A DNA stretch of 51,015 bases from a virus (IMGVR_UViG_2721755676_000003:1-51015), one strand, 5' to 3'; counted from the first letter of the stretch, positions 26,237 to 36,547 are shown. The notes: generated by a model from the letters alone, not told the origin. Translations and numbers: made by a program.

Positions 26237-27334
26237 ATGGCCACCATCAACGAAAGCCTGCGTGATGAATCGATCGCACATTCAGTCTGGTTAAGCCGCT
26301 ACGCCACCGGCGTGGCAAACCGGATGGTGAAGTTGCTTAACGAGGCGGACGCGGACCTGTCGGCTCGTCTACTGGATGCGCTGGACAAATTGCCGCCGGA
26401 GAGCTTCACCGTTAATCGTCTGGAGAGTTTACTGGGCAGCGCGCGCGAACTTAACCATCAAGCCGTAGCGTCCATGCAGGCAGGGCTCGAAAATGAGTTG
26501 TTGGCGCTGGCAAAGAACGAAGCCAGTTATCAGCTGAGCCTGTTCGATTCCCTTCTGCCATCACAGGTCTTGTCTCACTATCCGCTGCAGGGCATCACCG
26601 CCGATATGGTGTATGCCGCGGCGATGGCGCAACCCTTTCAGGGGAGGCTGCTGAGTGAATGGGCGGAGAATCTGGAATCGGACAGGCTGGCGCGGATAGT
26701 GAACGCCGTTCGAAGGGGGTATCTTGCCGGCGACACGGTAGAAACAATCGCGCGCAGTGTTCGCGGCCACGCCAATAAAGGTTATCGCGACGGCGCGCTG
26801 CAGATGAGCAGGGCAAACGCCGCCAGCATAGCTAAAACAGCTGTGAATCATCTGGCTGCTACAGCGCGCAACAGCTTCACCAGTGCCAACAGCGATATCG
26901 TGAAAGGCAAACAGTGGCTGTCTACGCTGGACAATAAAACCAGCCATGACTGCATTATTCGTGACCTGCTGCGCTACACCATGGATAACAAACCGGTCGG
27001 GCATAAGGTGCCTTACCTACAGGGACCCGGGAAAATTCATTTTTGCTGTCGTTCTACTGAAACCCTGATCCTCAAGTCGTGGCGCGAACTCGGCATTGAT
27101 ATTGATGAGATGGACGAGGGCACTCGTGCCAGCATGGATGGACAGGTACCGGGGAAAACTTCGTATCTGGAATGGCTCGCGCGCCAGCCAGCACAACGCC
27201 AGGATCAGGTTCTGGGTGCCGAGCGTGGCCGTTTGTTCCGCGCGGGTGAAATCAACCTGGCTGATATGTTTACTGACAAAGGCGAATGGATATCCCTGGA
27301 ACGTCTTAAGCAGTTATCAGGTACTGACTACTAA
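26237..27334 (+). CDS. Head morphogenesis protein (Mu gpF / SPP1 gp7-like minor head protein)
   Basis: 365-aa ORF following portal; recalled Phage_Mu_F-like features. Confidence 0.6.
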   Translation: MATINESLRDESIAHSVWLSRYATGVANRMVKLLNEADADLSARLLDALDKLPPESFTVNRLESLLGSARELNHQAVASMQAGLENELLALAKNEASYQLSLFDSLLPSQVLSHYPLQGITADMVYAAAMAQPFQGRLLSEWAENLESDRLARIVNAVRRGYLAGDTVETIARSVRGHANKGYRDGALQMSRANAASIAKTAVNHLAATARNSFTSANSDIVKGKQWLSTLDNKTSHDCIIRDLLRYTMDNKPVGHKVPYLQGPGKIHFCCRSTETLILKSWRELGIDIDEMDEGTRASMDGQVPGKTSYLEWLARQPAQRQDQVLGAERGRLFRAGEINLADMFTDKGEWISLERLKQLSGTDY

Positions 27335-27414
27335 CAACCATTAATTTCTTAACGCCCTGGCACCCGCCGGGGCTTTTTTATGGGCGAGGCCCGGCAAAAT
27401 CCCGAGGGGAAAAT

Positions 27415-28185
27415 ATGTTAATTCGAAACATACTTCTGAAATTCTATGCACCAGAAAGCGGCGGCGAGGGCAGCGGTGGCGTTGGTATCGAAATCACCCC
27501 TGAAATCCAGAAGCTGATTGATGAGCGCGTGACCAGCGAAGTCACTGGCTTGAAATCCAAAAACTCTGAGCTGCTGGGCACCATTAAGCAGCAAAAAGAA
27601 ACCCTGTCTCGCTTTGATGGTATCGATCCTGATGCAGTGCGCGGGATCCTCCAGCGTTTTTCCGACGACGAAGAGGCCAAGCTGATTGCCGCCGGAAAAA
27701 TCGATGAGGTGCTCGATAAGCGCACCGAGCGTCTGCGTGCTGACGTCGATAAGCAAATCAAAGCCGCAAATGAACGCGCGGACAAAGCCGAAGCGTTCTC
27801 CAACAAATTCCGGGATCGAGTTCTGGGCGATGCAATCCGAGCAGCAGCCTCAAAAGCTGGCGCGCTGCCGGAAGCATCCGACGATCTGATTCTGCGTGCC
27901 AAAGGCACATTCCAGCTCAACGACGAAGGCGAGGCCGTAGCAGTTGATGCAAATGGCGATGTTCTGTTCGGTAAAGACGGCAAAACTCCACTAAGCCCGC
28001 TTGAGTGGGCGGAGTCTCTTAAGGAGACGGCTCCGCATCTGTTCCCACGCGCAGAAGGCACCGGCGCGGGCGGACACAAACCAAACGGCGGTGGCAGCCT
28101 GAAACGTTCCGAAATGAGCGCCAGCGACAAAGCGGACTACATCCGCAAGCATGGCCAGCAGGCCTTCCTCAAACTTCCGAAATAA
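27415..28185 (+). CDS. Scaffolding protein
   Basis: 256-aa helical, charged, Ala/Lys/Glu-rich ORF immediately upstream of the major capsid gene. Confidence 0.55.
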   Translation: MLIRNILLKFYAPESGGEGSGGVGIEITPEIQKLIDERVTSEVTGLKSKNSELLGTIKQQKETLSRFDGIDPDAVRGILQRFSDDEEAKLIAAGKIDEVLDKRTERLRADVDKQIKAANERADKAEAFSNKFRDRVLGDAIRAAASKAGALPEASDDLILRAKGTFQLNDEGEAVAVDANGDVLFGKDGKTPLSPLEWAESLKETAPHLFPRAEGTGAGGHKPNGGGSLKRSEMSASDKADYIRKHGQQAFLKLPK

Positions 28186-28197
28186 GGGATTTAAACC

Positions 28198-29151
28198 ATG
28201 GCAACGACTGTTAATACCGACCTGGTTATTTATGACGACCTGGCGCAGACTGCTTTTCTTGAGCGCCGCCAGGACAATCTGGAAGTATTCAACGCTTCCT
28301 CCAACGGTGCGATTTTGCTGGATAACGAACTGATCGAAGGCGATTTCCGCAAGCGAGCCTTCTACAAAGTGGGCGGCTCAATCGAATCGCGTGACGTTAA
28401 CTCCACCGAAAAGGTGACGGGTAAAAAGATTGGCGCCGGTGAAGCCGTATCCGTCAAAGCGCCGTGGAAATACGGTCCATACGAAACTACTGAAGAAGCG
28501 TTCAAACGCCGCGGCCGCTCGGTTGACGAGTTCTCCGAAGTGATCGGCACTGATGTGGCTGACGCTACGCTGGAAGGCTACGTGAAATACGGCTTGAAGG
28601 CCCTGACGGCAGCAATTGGTGCCAACGCGGATATGGTGGTCACCGCCGATATCGAAACAGACGGCAAGAAGACCCTGACACGCGGTCTGCGTAAGTACGG
28701 CGACAAGTTCAACCGTGTCGTGCTCTTCGTTATGCACTCCGCCACTTACTTCGACATCGTGGATGAGGCGATCGCCAACAAAATCTACGAAGAAGCAGGC
28801 GTGGTGGTCTACGGTGGCCAGCCAGGTACGCTGGGTAAACCTGTGCTGGTGACCGACACCATGGACGCGGATGCGATTCTCGGGCTGGTGACCGGGGCGG
28901 TGACTGTTACTGAGTCTCAGGCTCCGGGGTTCCGTTCCTACGACATCAACGACCAGGAAAACCTGGCGATCGGATATCGTGCAGAAGGCGTTGTGAATGT
29001 CGATTTGCTGGGTTACAGCTGGGATACCTCCAAAGGCGACAACCCGGACCTGACCAAAATCGGCACTGCAGGTAACTGGAAGAAGCACTTCACCAGCAAC
29101 AAATCTACGGCTGGTGTACTGATTAAACTGGGATCCGCAGCGGGGGAGTAA
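28198..29151 (+). CDS. Major capsid protein
   Basis: 317-aa ORF after scaffold, strong RBS; position and size typical. Confidence 0.7.
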   Translation: MATTVNTDLVIYDDLAQTAFLERRQDNLEVFNASSNGAILLDNELIEGDFRKRAFYKVGGSIESRDVNSTEKVTGKKIGAGEAVSVKAPWKYGPYETTEEAFKRRGRSVDEFSEVIGTDVADATLEGYVKYGLKALTAAIGANADMVVTADIETDGKKTLTRGLRKYGDKFNRVVLFVMHSATYFDIVDEAIANKIYEEAGVVVYGGQPGTLGKPVLVTDTMDADAILGLVTGAVTVTESQAPGFRSYDINDQENLAIGYRAEGVVNVDLLGYSWDTSKGDNPDLTKIGTAGNWKKHFTSNKSTAGVLIKLGSAAGE

Positions 29152-29432
29152 CGCTGTCAGCGGATAAAATCTCCGCAACCGCTGACAGCACCGATGCGGT
29201 CACCATTTCCCTGAAGTACATGCTAAACGGCGCAGGTGTTTCCGGCAAAACCGTTGCCTGGAATTCAACCGGCGGCACGCTCAGCACTGCCAGTTCTCAA
29301 ACCGGCTCTGCTGGTGGGGCGACGGTCAAACTTACCTCTGATACGGCAGGTACTTTCACAGTCACTGGTACTGTTGATGGTATTGCTAAATCGAGTGAGG
29401 AAATCACCTTCACCGCACCAGCAGCTGGCTAA
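29127..29432 (+). other. Ig-like (Big_2-type) domain ORF in -1 frame overlapping capsid 3' end; possible frameshift extension of the capsid protein
   Basis: Open frame from 29127 encodes ...ADKISATADSTDAVTISLKY...TVKLTSDTAGTFTVTGTVDGIAKSSEEITFTAPAAG, typical of bacterial Ig-like domains; a G5 run (about 29142-29146) lies in the overlap. Confidence 0.35.
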
Positions 29433-29435
29433 TCG

Positions 29436-29951
29436 ATGGGGCGTAAGCCCCATTCAACGGATGCTCAGATGATTATTACTGATATCACCGCCGCTGACGT
29501 TAACAGTTACGCCAGCGAAGATGAACTGGCGTCATTTGCCACGCTGAGAGGAGTTGAGCTGCCTGAAAAGCTCGCACCGTTACTGATTAAGGCGATGGAC
29601 TACCTGGAAGGGCTTGATTGGGTAGGTTACAAAGCAGACCCCCGACAGCCGCTGGCCTGGCCACGCGCAAATGTCATTCTGGATGGACACGACTTCCCAT
29701 CCGACCAGGTGCCGCGGCAGGTTATCACCGCACAATGCATGCTGGCTATCGAGGCGATTGAGGGCGATTTGCTTTCAAGCGTTCGTGAGGCCGCGGTTAA
29801 AACCGAACGTGTCGAAGGCGCCGTAACCATGACCTATGCAGTTGCCGATGGTGAGGTGTTCACACCATCCTACCCGGCGGTAATGGCTATTCTCGGCGAC
29901 CTGGCTGGTGGGCGTGGATATGCAATCAATGCTTTCGCGGAGCGCGCGTAA
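29436..29951 (+). CDS. Putative head-tail connector/adaptor protein
   Basis: 171-aa ORF; position after capsid; no specific motif. Confidence 0.4.
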   Translation: MGRKPHSTDAQMIITDITAADVNSYASEDELASFATLRGVELPEKLAPLLIKAMDYLEGLDWVGYKADPRQPLAWPRANVILDGHDFPSDQVPRQVITAQCMLAIEAIEGDLLSSVREAAVKTERVEGAVTMTYAVADGEVFTPSYPAVMAILGDLAGGRGYAINAFAERA

Positions 29952-30301
29952 TGGCCATCAACTATCAGCGAATGCAGGCGACAACGACTCGGATGCTCAA
30001 GCAGAACGGCATTGCATACAACGTCACGCGTAAGGGCTCGTTAATCGTCATCGGTGGTGTGGAGCATCGTTCCGAGGATATCCAGTTCACCGCCACAGGA
30101 GTGAAGACGGATTACGCGCCAGGCGAAATTGACGGAACCGTCATTGAAAACGGTGATGTACGGATTGTCTTCACTGCTGAGAAGGAAATTAAAACCGGCG
30201 ATCTGATCGTCGTGGACGGCGTAATGCATCGCGTGGTTAAGCCTAATCCGGTGAAACCGGGCGGTGTGGTGCTCTGCTACAAATCTCAGTTTAGGGCATA
30301 G
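29951..30301 (+). CDS. Putative head-tail joining protein
   Basis: 116-aa ORF, ATGA-coupled in the structural operon. Confidence 0.4.
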   Translation: MAINYQRMQATTTRMLKQNGIAYNVTRKGSLIVIGGVEHRSEDIQFTATGVKTDYAPGEIDGTVIENGDVRIVFTAEKEIKTGDLIVVDGVMHRVVKPNPVKPGGVVLCYKSQFRA

Positions 30302-30302
30302 C

Positions 30303-30887
30303 ATGAGCGATAACAAGGCGTTCACGGCTGCCATCACCGCGTTTGTGGACAAAGCCAAAGCGAATCAGGAAGCAGTCGTACGTGCTGTCGGCATTCGGAT
30401 CCTTAATCAACTGGTGATGATGTCACCTGTCGGCAACCCCGAACTCTGGGGCATCAATCAGACGGCAGCTTCTTACAATCAGGCGGTATACGACCATAAC
30501 GAAGCGCAAAAATCGGACCCTGCCAACCTGACTAAAACCCGACGACTTAAGAAGAAGGCTCGACTGGTGGATGGGATGGATATCAAAGCGCCGCCCGGAT
30601 ATACCGGTGGACGGTTTCGTGGAAACTGGCAGGTTTCTTTTGATGCACCGGCCACAGATGAAACGGGACGTGTAGATAAAACCGGAAATCTGACAAAAGC
30701 CGCAGGGAATTACACGCTGTCGCTGTTCAAAGTCGGGATGAAGGCTATTTATTTCTGCAACAACGTCCCTTACGCGTATCGACTGGAGATGGGGCACTCT
30801 TCCCAGGCTCCGGGAGGGATGGTACGCATTACTACTGCTGAGTTTCAGCGATTTTTTGAGGAAGCAGTAAGGGAGGTGACTAAATGA
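30303..30887 (+). CDS. Putative tail-completion / neck protein
   Basis: About 194-aa ORF in structural operon (start at internal ATG 30303). Confidence 0.4.
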   Translation: MSDNKAFTAAITAFVDKAKANQEAVVRAVGIRILNQLVMMSPVGNPELWGINQTAASYNQAVYDHNEAQKSDPANLTKTRRLKKKARLVDGMDIKAPPGYTGGRFRGNWQVSFDAPATDETGRVDKTGNLTKAAGNYTLSLFKVGMKAIYFCNNVPYAYRLEMGHSSQAPGGMVRITTAEFQRFFEEAVREVTK

Positions 30888-31294
30888 TTCCCGATATCGC
30901 GGCGGCGCTGGCCGCCAGGCTCGGCGAGTGGGCTGATGCAGAAGGTATCCCAGTAGCCTGGGAAAATGTTCCTTTTACACCGCCGTCTGAGGGGCTCTAT
31001 CTTGCAGTCCATGACATGCCCGCCACGCCGCGTACGCTGGACCTTGGATTGCGCTGCCGCATTTATTCAGGTGTATACCAGATTAACGTTGTGGCCCCAG
31101 CAGGCACAGGCCGTAACGATGTTGTGGCCCTGGCAGACCGTGTGGCTGAATTGTTCCCCGAGGGGCAGGAGATTGAAGGCAGAGGTTTTACATGCTGGAT
31201 AGATCAAACGCCTGGTGTTTTCCGCGGTATCACTACATCTGTCTCTTATACCGTTCCCGTTAGTCTCAATTATCGAGCTGATATCTCCAGCTAA
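30884..31294 (+). CDS. Putative tail terminator/completion protein
   Basis: 136-aa ORF, ATGA-coupled, immediately upstream of the major tail protein gene. Confidence 0.4.
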   Translation: MIPDIAAALAARLGEWADAEGIPVAWENVPFTPPSEGLYLAVHDMPATPRTLDLGLRCRIYSGVYQINVVAPAGTGRNDVVALADRVAELFPEGQEIEGRGFTCWIDQTPGVFRGITTSVSYTVPVSLNYRADISS

Positions 31295-31360
31295 TCCTTG
31301 CAACCTTCTAAACCTGACCGGCTCTTTGCCGGTTTTCCCGTTTCTAAAGGAGTAACCAAT

Positions 31361-32032
31361 ATGGGCTTTGCATTGCCTAACGGCGCTCACGTCTATCTGG
31401 CATCGGGTTATGGCCCAGCCATTACTTTCACCGGGGCGACGAACGCCGAAAATATGGTGATTACCGTGAGTGAAGCGGGCGCACTCAAGGTGGGTGATAT
31501 TGTTCATGTGAACTGCAACTGGTCCGGTGTTGATAACGTCATTGCAAAAATTGATGCGATTGCAGAAAGCGCCGTAACCCTTCGCAATATCAATACCACC
31601 AACAAGAACAAATATGCCGCTGGTGGCGGTGCCGGTTCGATCCGAAAGGTGCTTGAATGGACCGAGCTGCCGCAAATAACTGAGGTGTCGAAATCTGGTG
31701 GCGATCAGAACACCACACAGATTCAGTTCCTCAGCGATGATCGCCAGCGCAACCTGAATACCTATAAATCCGCAGTCTCCCAGACCTACTCGATCGCGCA
31801 TGACTCCACTCTCCCCGTATATCCGCTGCTTCGCCAGTTGGATGAAGATGAAGAGACGGTTGCGGTTTACATGTACGTACCGAAGGCGAAGGAAAACCGT
31901 TACTGGGCGGCCACGGCGTCCTTTGACGATACGCCAACTACTGCAGTTAACGAGGTAGAGACAGTGAGTGTGGTGCTGAACCTGCAGTCACCGGCGATGA
32001 CGTTCTACAAGGTGACTGACGCTGCCGCCTGA
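31361..32032 (+). CDS. Major tail tube protein (lambda V-position)
   Basis: About 223-aa ORF with RBS AAGGAG, directly upstream of the G/G-T chaperone pair and tape measure. Confidence 0.6.
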   Translation: MGFALPNGAHVYLASGYGPAITFTGATNAENMVITVSEAGALKVGDIVHVNCNWSGVDNVIAKIDAIAESAVTLRNINTTNKNKYAAGGGAGSIRKVLEWTELPQITEVSKSGGDQNTTQIQFLSDDRQRNLNTYKSAVSQTYSIAHDSTLPVYPLLRQLDEDEETVAVYMYVPKAKENRYWAATASFDDTPTTAVNEVETVSVVLNLQSPAMTFYKVTDAAA

Positions 32033-32097
32033 CCCGTCAGTGCTTTCACCAATCCATGCCTCCCATCACGGAGGCTTTTTTTCGTTAAGAGGTATCG

Positions 32098-32409
32098 ATG
32101 GCGACCAAATTCACCCTTCAGCCCAAACCAACATTTAAGGCCAATGTCTCGATCCCCCGAGCCGGCGATGAGGATGGCGTGCTGACCTTCACGTTTAATC
32201 ACAAGCCACTTAAAGAGCTGGCTGACCTGGAAAAACTGGAAGGCAAAACCGCCACTGATTTTCTGATGGAAATCATTGCTGGCTGGGCACTTCCCGATGC
32301 ATTCAACGCGGAAAACCTGTCGGTGCTGCTGGAAAACTATCCGGCGGCAATTAAGGCAATCCCAGAAACCTACTACCGCGAGCTGATGGGGCAGCGCGAA
32401 AAAAACTGA
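32098..32409 (+). CDS. Tail assembly chaperone (lambda G-like)
   Basis: 103-aa acidic ORF ending at a slippery A_AAA_AAC heptamer directly before its stop; upstream of tape measure. Confidence 0.7.
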   Translation: MATKFTLQPKPTFKANVSIPRAGDEDGVLTFTFNHKPLKELADLEKLEGKTATDFLMEIIAGWALPDAFNAENLSVLLENYPAAIKAIPETYYRELMGQREKN

Positions 32410-32720
32410 TAGCGGTTGCCTCTGCGTTCTATACGCCTGAACCCACAGCGGCAGACCTGGCGCCTTACGGGCTTACGCCTGATGACTATGACGATAAGTT
32501 CGTAGATGTCTGGCCCGATATCTGGCCTTTATTCCTGGTGTTTCAGGCTGTTAGTACGCAGTGGCGCACAGGCATTGGAGGTGCATCAGGGCTTGATTAC
32601 AACGTGCTGCCTTGGGTAATGCGCCTGCACCACGTCGAGGATGAGGCAACCGCGCTTTTGGACATCCGAATCATGGAGAGCGCCGCACTAAAAGTTATGC
32701 ATAAAGAGAGGGCGGAATGA
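32098..32720 (+). CDS. Tail assembly chaperone G-T fusion via programmed -1 frameshift (slip at about 32400-32406)
   Basis: Heptamer A AAA AAC at 32400-32406; the -1 frame stays open to 32720 (...KKLIAVASAFYTPEP...MHKERAE), ending where the tape-measure ATG starts. Confidence 0.6.
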
Positions 32721-35629
32721 GTAACGATATCGCCACGATTTCCCTGCGAGTAAATACCAGTGAGCTGGAGCGTGGTAACCAGGCACTGGATCGCTTTCAG
32801 GAGACCGCGTCCGCTGCGGCAGGTAAAGCGGATGATTTGAACAGTACGTTCCGCACCGGTATCGATAACCAAAAGAAAAACAGAGAAAGTCTCAAGCAAC
32901 AGCGCCAGGAGCTGCAGAACCTGCTGAATAAAATTAGCCCGGTAAACAAGGCGCTGGATGAACTGGACACTATCCAGGAGAGCCTGGCGAAGTTTCGCGG
33001 CAAAGGGCTGGTAGGGGATGAAGACTTTACTCGCTACAACAGCGTGCTTGAGACGACCCGAGTTAAACTGGCGCAGGTCATGGAGTCTGAGACTGCAGAG
33101 GGGCGGGCTCGCATTGAACAGGCACAGGCAGCGCAACGTGCAGCTGCAGCGGGCAAAACCTTTATCGATTCGCTGGAAGAGCAGGTCACAGCAATCGGAA
33201 AAACGCGCGTAGAATTGTTAGAGCTAAAAGCAGCCCAACTTGGCGTGTCCGATCGTGCTGCACCGATGATCGCCCGACTGAAAGAGCAGGAGGACGCGTG
33301 GAAGTCAGGAGCGATCAGCGCGGGGCAATACCGCAACGCGATGCGTTATCTACCAATGCAAATGACCGACATCGTAACTTCATTGGCGTCCGGTATGCCG
33401 GTTTATATGGTAGCCATTCAGCAGGGCGGCCAGCTGCGCGATTCGTTTGGCGGTGTAGGCAATGCTCTGAAAGCGATGTTGTCGATGGTGACTCCTGCCC
33501 GAGTGGCCATTGGTGGCCTGGCCGGTGCTGTTCTGATTGCTGCAAAAGCGGGGGCGGACTACTTTACCGCCTACGACGAAATCAACAAGGCCATTATCAG
33601 GACTGGCAACATTGCCAGCACGTCAGCGCTCCAGATTATGGCTTCCTCCCAGTCTATTGCTGCCTCTACTGGCGCGACTGTAGGAACCGTTCAGAGTTTG
33701 ATGATTGAGCTGGTTGGCATGGGATCGCTGACACAGCAGCAACTTGAAAAAGCAGCGGGCTCCACGGCGCTGGCGGTTCAGACCGGTATAGTCTCGGCGC
33801 AGGACATCACCAAAGCCTATAAGGACATCGAAAAAGACCCAGTTAAAGCGCTGCAAAGTCTCAACGAACAATATAATTTCCTGACCGTTTCACAACTTAA
33901 GCATGTTGACGATCTGATAAAGCAAAAGGACCAGACCGCGGCCGTTACGCAGGCTATGGACCTGTTTGGCGACACAATGGCTGAGCGCGGAGAGCAGGCT
34001 TATGACTCGCTGACACCGTTTGGTCGCCTGTGGCTGGATATCAAAGACTGGGCATCTGAGGCCATGCAGAATATCGGTCAGTGGGTAGCAGAGCTGGCAT
34101 CAAACACACTGAAGGAATTCAACGCAATTTATTACAGCGTAGCGATCGTTTTCCAGAAGCTGAACCAGATCATTTCTTCCTCTATCGCGGCTGCGATTAA
34201 TCTCATTCCTGACTGGGCGAAAACGGATACTTTGCAGGCATGGCAGGACTATAACGAACAAATGGCCGGCGCTTATGGCGACAGCGTCTCTCAGCTGAAA
34301 AAAGACTGGGATGCCGCTGATATCAGTGCAGGTAAATACCTTGATACGGCCAGAAAGATAAGTACCGCAACCACCCAGAAGGATCGTGAAGGGGTCGCTT
34401 CTTTCGGTAAAAAGACTAAAACCGGAAAGCAGGGTACTTTATCGGCTGGCGATCGCAGCACGGATGCTGCCCAGGCCGAGTTGCTGGCGCTTCAGGCTCA
34501 GTTACGCGCGCTGCAGCAGCATAAAGGGCTGAACGACACTATCAGCCAGCAGCGCAAAGATCTGTGGATGACTGAAGCGAAATTTCAGGTGTTGGAGGAG
34601 GCCTCGCGTTCACGTTCACTGACAAAGCAGGAGCAATCCCTGCTGGCGAGTAAAGACCAGGTGCTGCAGTTAGCGCGGCAGAAAGCCCTGTTGGGTGATC
34701 AGATTTCCGCGCAGGAACTGCTGAACAAACGTATGGATACCTCGCAGAAATACGTCACGCAGATGGCTGAGAAACAGGCCGCATTACTGGGTGGCGCAGG
34801 GATGAGTGACCGCCAGGCGCAGCGAGAGCTGGCAAAAAGTCAGCTCGCCGCTGGCTGGAAAAATACGGGTGGTTCGCTGGATGAAGATGGATATCAGAAA
34901 CAGCTTAAGGCAGCTAACGATTACTATGATGCTGAGGATAAGCTACGCGGTGACTGGCTGACCGGCGCGAAAAAGGGCTGGGCTGATTTCGAAGACAGCG
35001 CGACCAATGTGTATTCCCAGGTGCAGACGGTTACCAGCAACGCATTCACCGACATGGCCAGCACCCTGACTGATTTCTTCACAACAGGTAAATCTAACTT
35101 CTCAGATTTCCTTTCCACTTTCCTCAAGGGTATCGCCCAGATGCTGACCCAACTGGCTCTGGTTAATGGAATGAAATCAGCGTTTGGTGGAACCGGTATC
35201 GGCGCGTTCTTTGGTTTTTCAGGTGGTGGTTTGGTCCCTGGTTTTGATGGAGGCGGCTACACGGGAGATGGGGGTAAGCACCAACCCAAAGGAGTGGTAC
35301 ACGGCGGTGAGTTTGTGTTTACGAAGGAAGCGACCCGCGCACTGGGTGTCGGTAATCTGTATGCGCTTATGCGTGGAGCTCAAGGGTATGCAAACGGCGG
35401 TTATGTTGGCCGCGCCCCGATGTATGGGCTGCAATCTTCGACAACTGATGGCGTAACCGTTCAAACGTCCGTGATCGTTCATAACCAGAACACTCAGCAG
35501 CAGGCATATGGTGACAATGACGCTATTTCTCGGGCTTACAAGCAGACCATTGATCAGTCAGTACGCGCAGGTATAGCCAAACAGCTCCAGCCTGGAGGTC
35601 TCATCTGGAATGCAACGAAATCAAGATAA
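32717..35629 (+). CDS. Tail tape measure protein (lambda H-like)
   Basis: 970-aa helical ORF with internal hydrophobic segments, downstream of G/G-T. Confidence 0.85.
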   Translation: MSNDIATISLRVNTSELERGNQALDRFQETASAAAGKADDLNSTFRTGIDNQKKNRESLKQQRQELQNLLNKISPVNKALDELDTIQESLAKFRGKGLVGDEDFTRYNSVLETTRVKLAQVMESETAEGRARIEQAQAAQRAAAAGKTFIDSLEEQVTAIGKTRVELLELKAAQLGVSDRAAPMIARLKEQEDAWKSGAISAGQYRNAMRYLPMQMTDIVTSLASGMPVYMVAIQQGGQLRDSFGGVGNALKAMLSMVTPARVAIGGLAGAVLIAAKAGADYFTAYDEINKAIIRTGNIASTSALQIMASSQSIAASTGATVGTVQSLMIELVGMGSLTQQQLEKAAGSTALAVQTGIVSAQDITKAYKDIEKDPVKALQSLNEQYNFLTVSQLKHVDDLIKQKDQTAAVTQAMDLFGDTMAERGEQAYDSLTPFGRLWLDIKDWASEAMQNIGQWVAELASNTLKEFNAIYYSVAIVFQKLNQIISSSIAAAINLIPDWAKTDTLQAWQDYNEQMAGAYGDSVSQLKKDWDAADISAGKYLDTARKISTATTQKDREGVASFGKKTKTGKQGTLSAGDRSTDAAQAELLALQAQLRALQQHKGLNDTISQQRKDLWMTEAKFQVLEEASRSRSLTKQEQSLLASKDQVLQLARQKALLGDQISAQELLNKRMDTSQKYVTQMAEKQAALLGGAGMSDRQAQRELAKSQLAAGWKNTGGSLDEDGYQKQLKAANDYYDAEDKLRGDWLTGAKKGWADFEDSATNVYSQVQTVTSNAFTDMASTLTDFFTTGKSNFSDFLSTFLKGIAQMLTQLALVNGMKSAFGGTGIGAFFGFSGGGLVPGFDGGGYTGDGGKHQPKGVVHGGEFVFTKEATRALGVGNLYALMRGAQGYANGGYVGRAPMYGLQSSTTDGVTVQTSVIVHNQNTQQQAYGDNDAISRAYKQTIDQSVRAGIAKQLQPGGLIWNATKSR

Positions 35630-35704
35630 AGTGTCTCCGCAGATTTTGCCGTTATGCCAATTCCTGATAGGATTAATCTCAATTTTTACTGATGGAATAG
35701 GGAC

Positions 35705-36508
35705 ATGAAAAAAATTGTAGGTGTGTTATTTCTTTCCTTCTTATTAGCTGGGTGCGATAAACCTAAAATTGACTCATCAACTGATGAAGCAATGAAATCA
35801 TCTATAGCCAAGGTCAGAGAATCACTTCCGGAAAATAAACGGGAGGAATTTGATAGCGCTTTAAAGGTCGTAGCGTTCAGTAACATTAATATGGCTGACC
35901 TAATGCGAGCATCGTCAGAAAGTGACAAAGAAGATCTAAGCAAGAAGATGCGCGAGCCCCTGTCAGGCAAAACTGGAGAGGAAATCATCTCTTATGCTCA
36001 GCAAGTAACTGCCGAGAGGGAACTTAAGCAGAAAGAGCAGGCAATTCAGGAAATCAAAGAGCTTGAACAGAAAAAAGCTGACTCTGAGAAGGCTAAAGAA
36101 GAACTCAAAAAAGTACAGGTTCTATCATCTCGATTTAGCCTGGAACCTGAAGAGTATGGGAAGCCACAACCTATTATTCGCCTTGTTGTGAAAAACAATA
36201 CTGATAAAGCTATTTCCCGTGTGTACTTCAATGGAGTGATAGCCAGCGATGGACGTTCAGTTCCATGGCTGGAAAAAGATTTTAACTACGAAATTGCTGG
36301 CGGGCTTGAACCGGGTGAAGAAGCTACTTGGGCATTGGCTCCGAATAAGTTTTCTGAATGGGGTCAGGTTGATGCTCCAGCTGATGCGGTCTTCACAGTT
36401 ACAGTAACGAGAGTCAATGGGGCAAATAAAGAAGCGATGTTTGATGCTTCCGGCTTTACAGAGCAAGAAAACAGCAGGCTTGAAGATTTAAAGAAAAGAT
36501 ACCTTTGA
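35705..36508 (+). CDS. Lipoprotein of unknown function (moron inserted between tape-measure and M genes)
   Basis: Signal peptide plus lipobox (MKKIVGVLFLSFLLAGC); Lys/Glu-rich coiled region; AT-rich; own terminator. Confidence 0.6.
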   Translation: MKKIVGVLFLSFLLAGCDKPKIDSSTDEAMKSSIAKVRESLPENKREEFDSALKVVAFSNINMADLMRASSESDKEDLSKKMREPLSGKTGEEIISYAQQVTAERELKQKEQAIQEIKELEQKKADSEKAKEELKKVQVLSSRFSLEPEEYGKPQPIIRLVVKNNTDKAISRVYFNGVIASDGRSVPWLEKDFNYEIAGGLEPGEEATWALAPNKFSEWGQVDAPADAVFTVTVTRVNGANKEAMFDASGFTEQENSRLEDLKKRYL

Positions 36509-36526
36509 GCTGACGTATCTACTTAA

Positions 36527-36547
36527 CCCGCTTCGGCGGGTTTTTTT
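36527..36547 (+). terminator. Rho-independent terminator after lipoprotein moron
   Basis: CCCGC-ttcg-GCGGG followed by TTTTTTT. Confidence 0.65.

Noticed and set aside
27444-28130. 228-aa minus-strand ORF, low-complexity and Ser/Ala/Pro-rich
   Set aside because: Antisense shadow of the scaffolding gene.
28378-29178. 266-aa minus-strand ORF
   Set aside because: Antisense to the major capsid gene; no motif.
32597-33871. Several minus- and plus-strand ORFs inside the tape-measure gene
   Set aside because: Shadow ORFs within a long GC-rich coding region.
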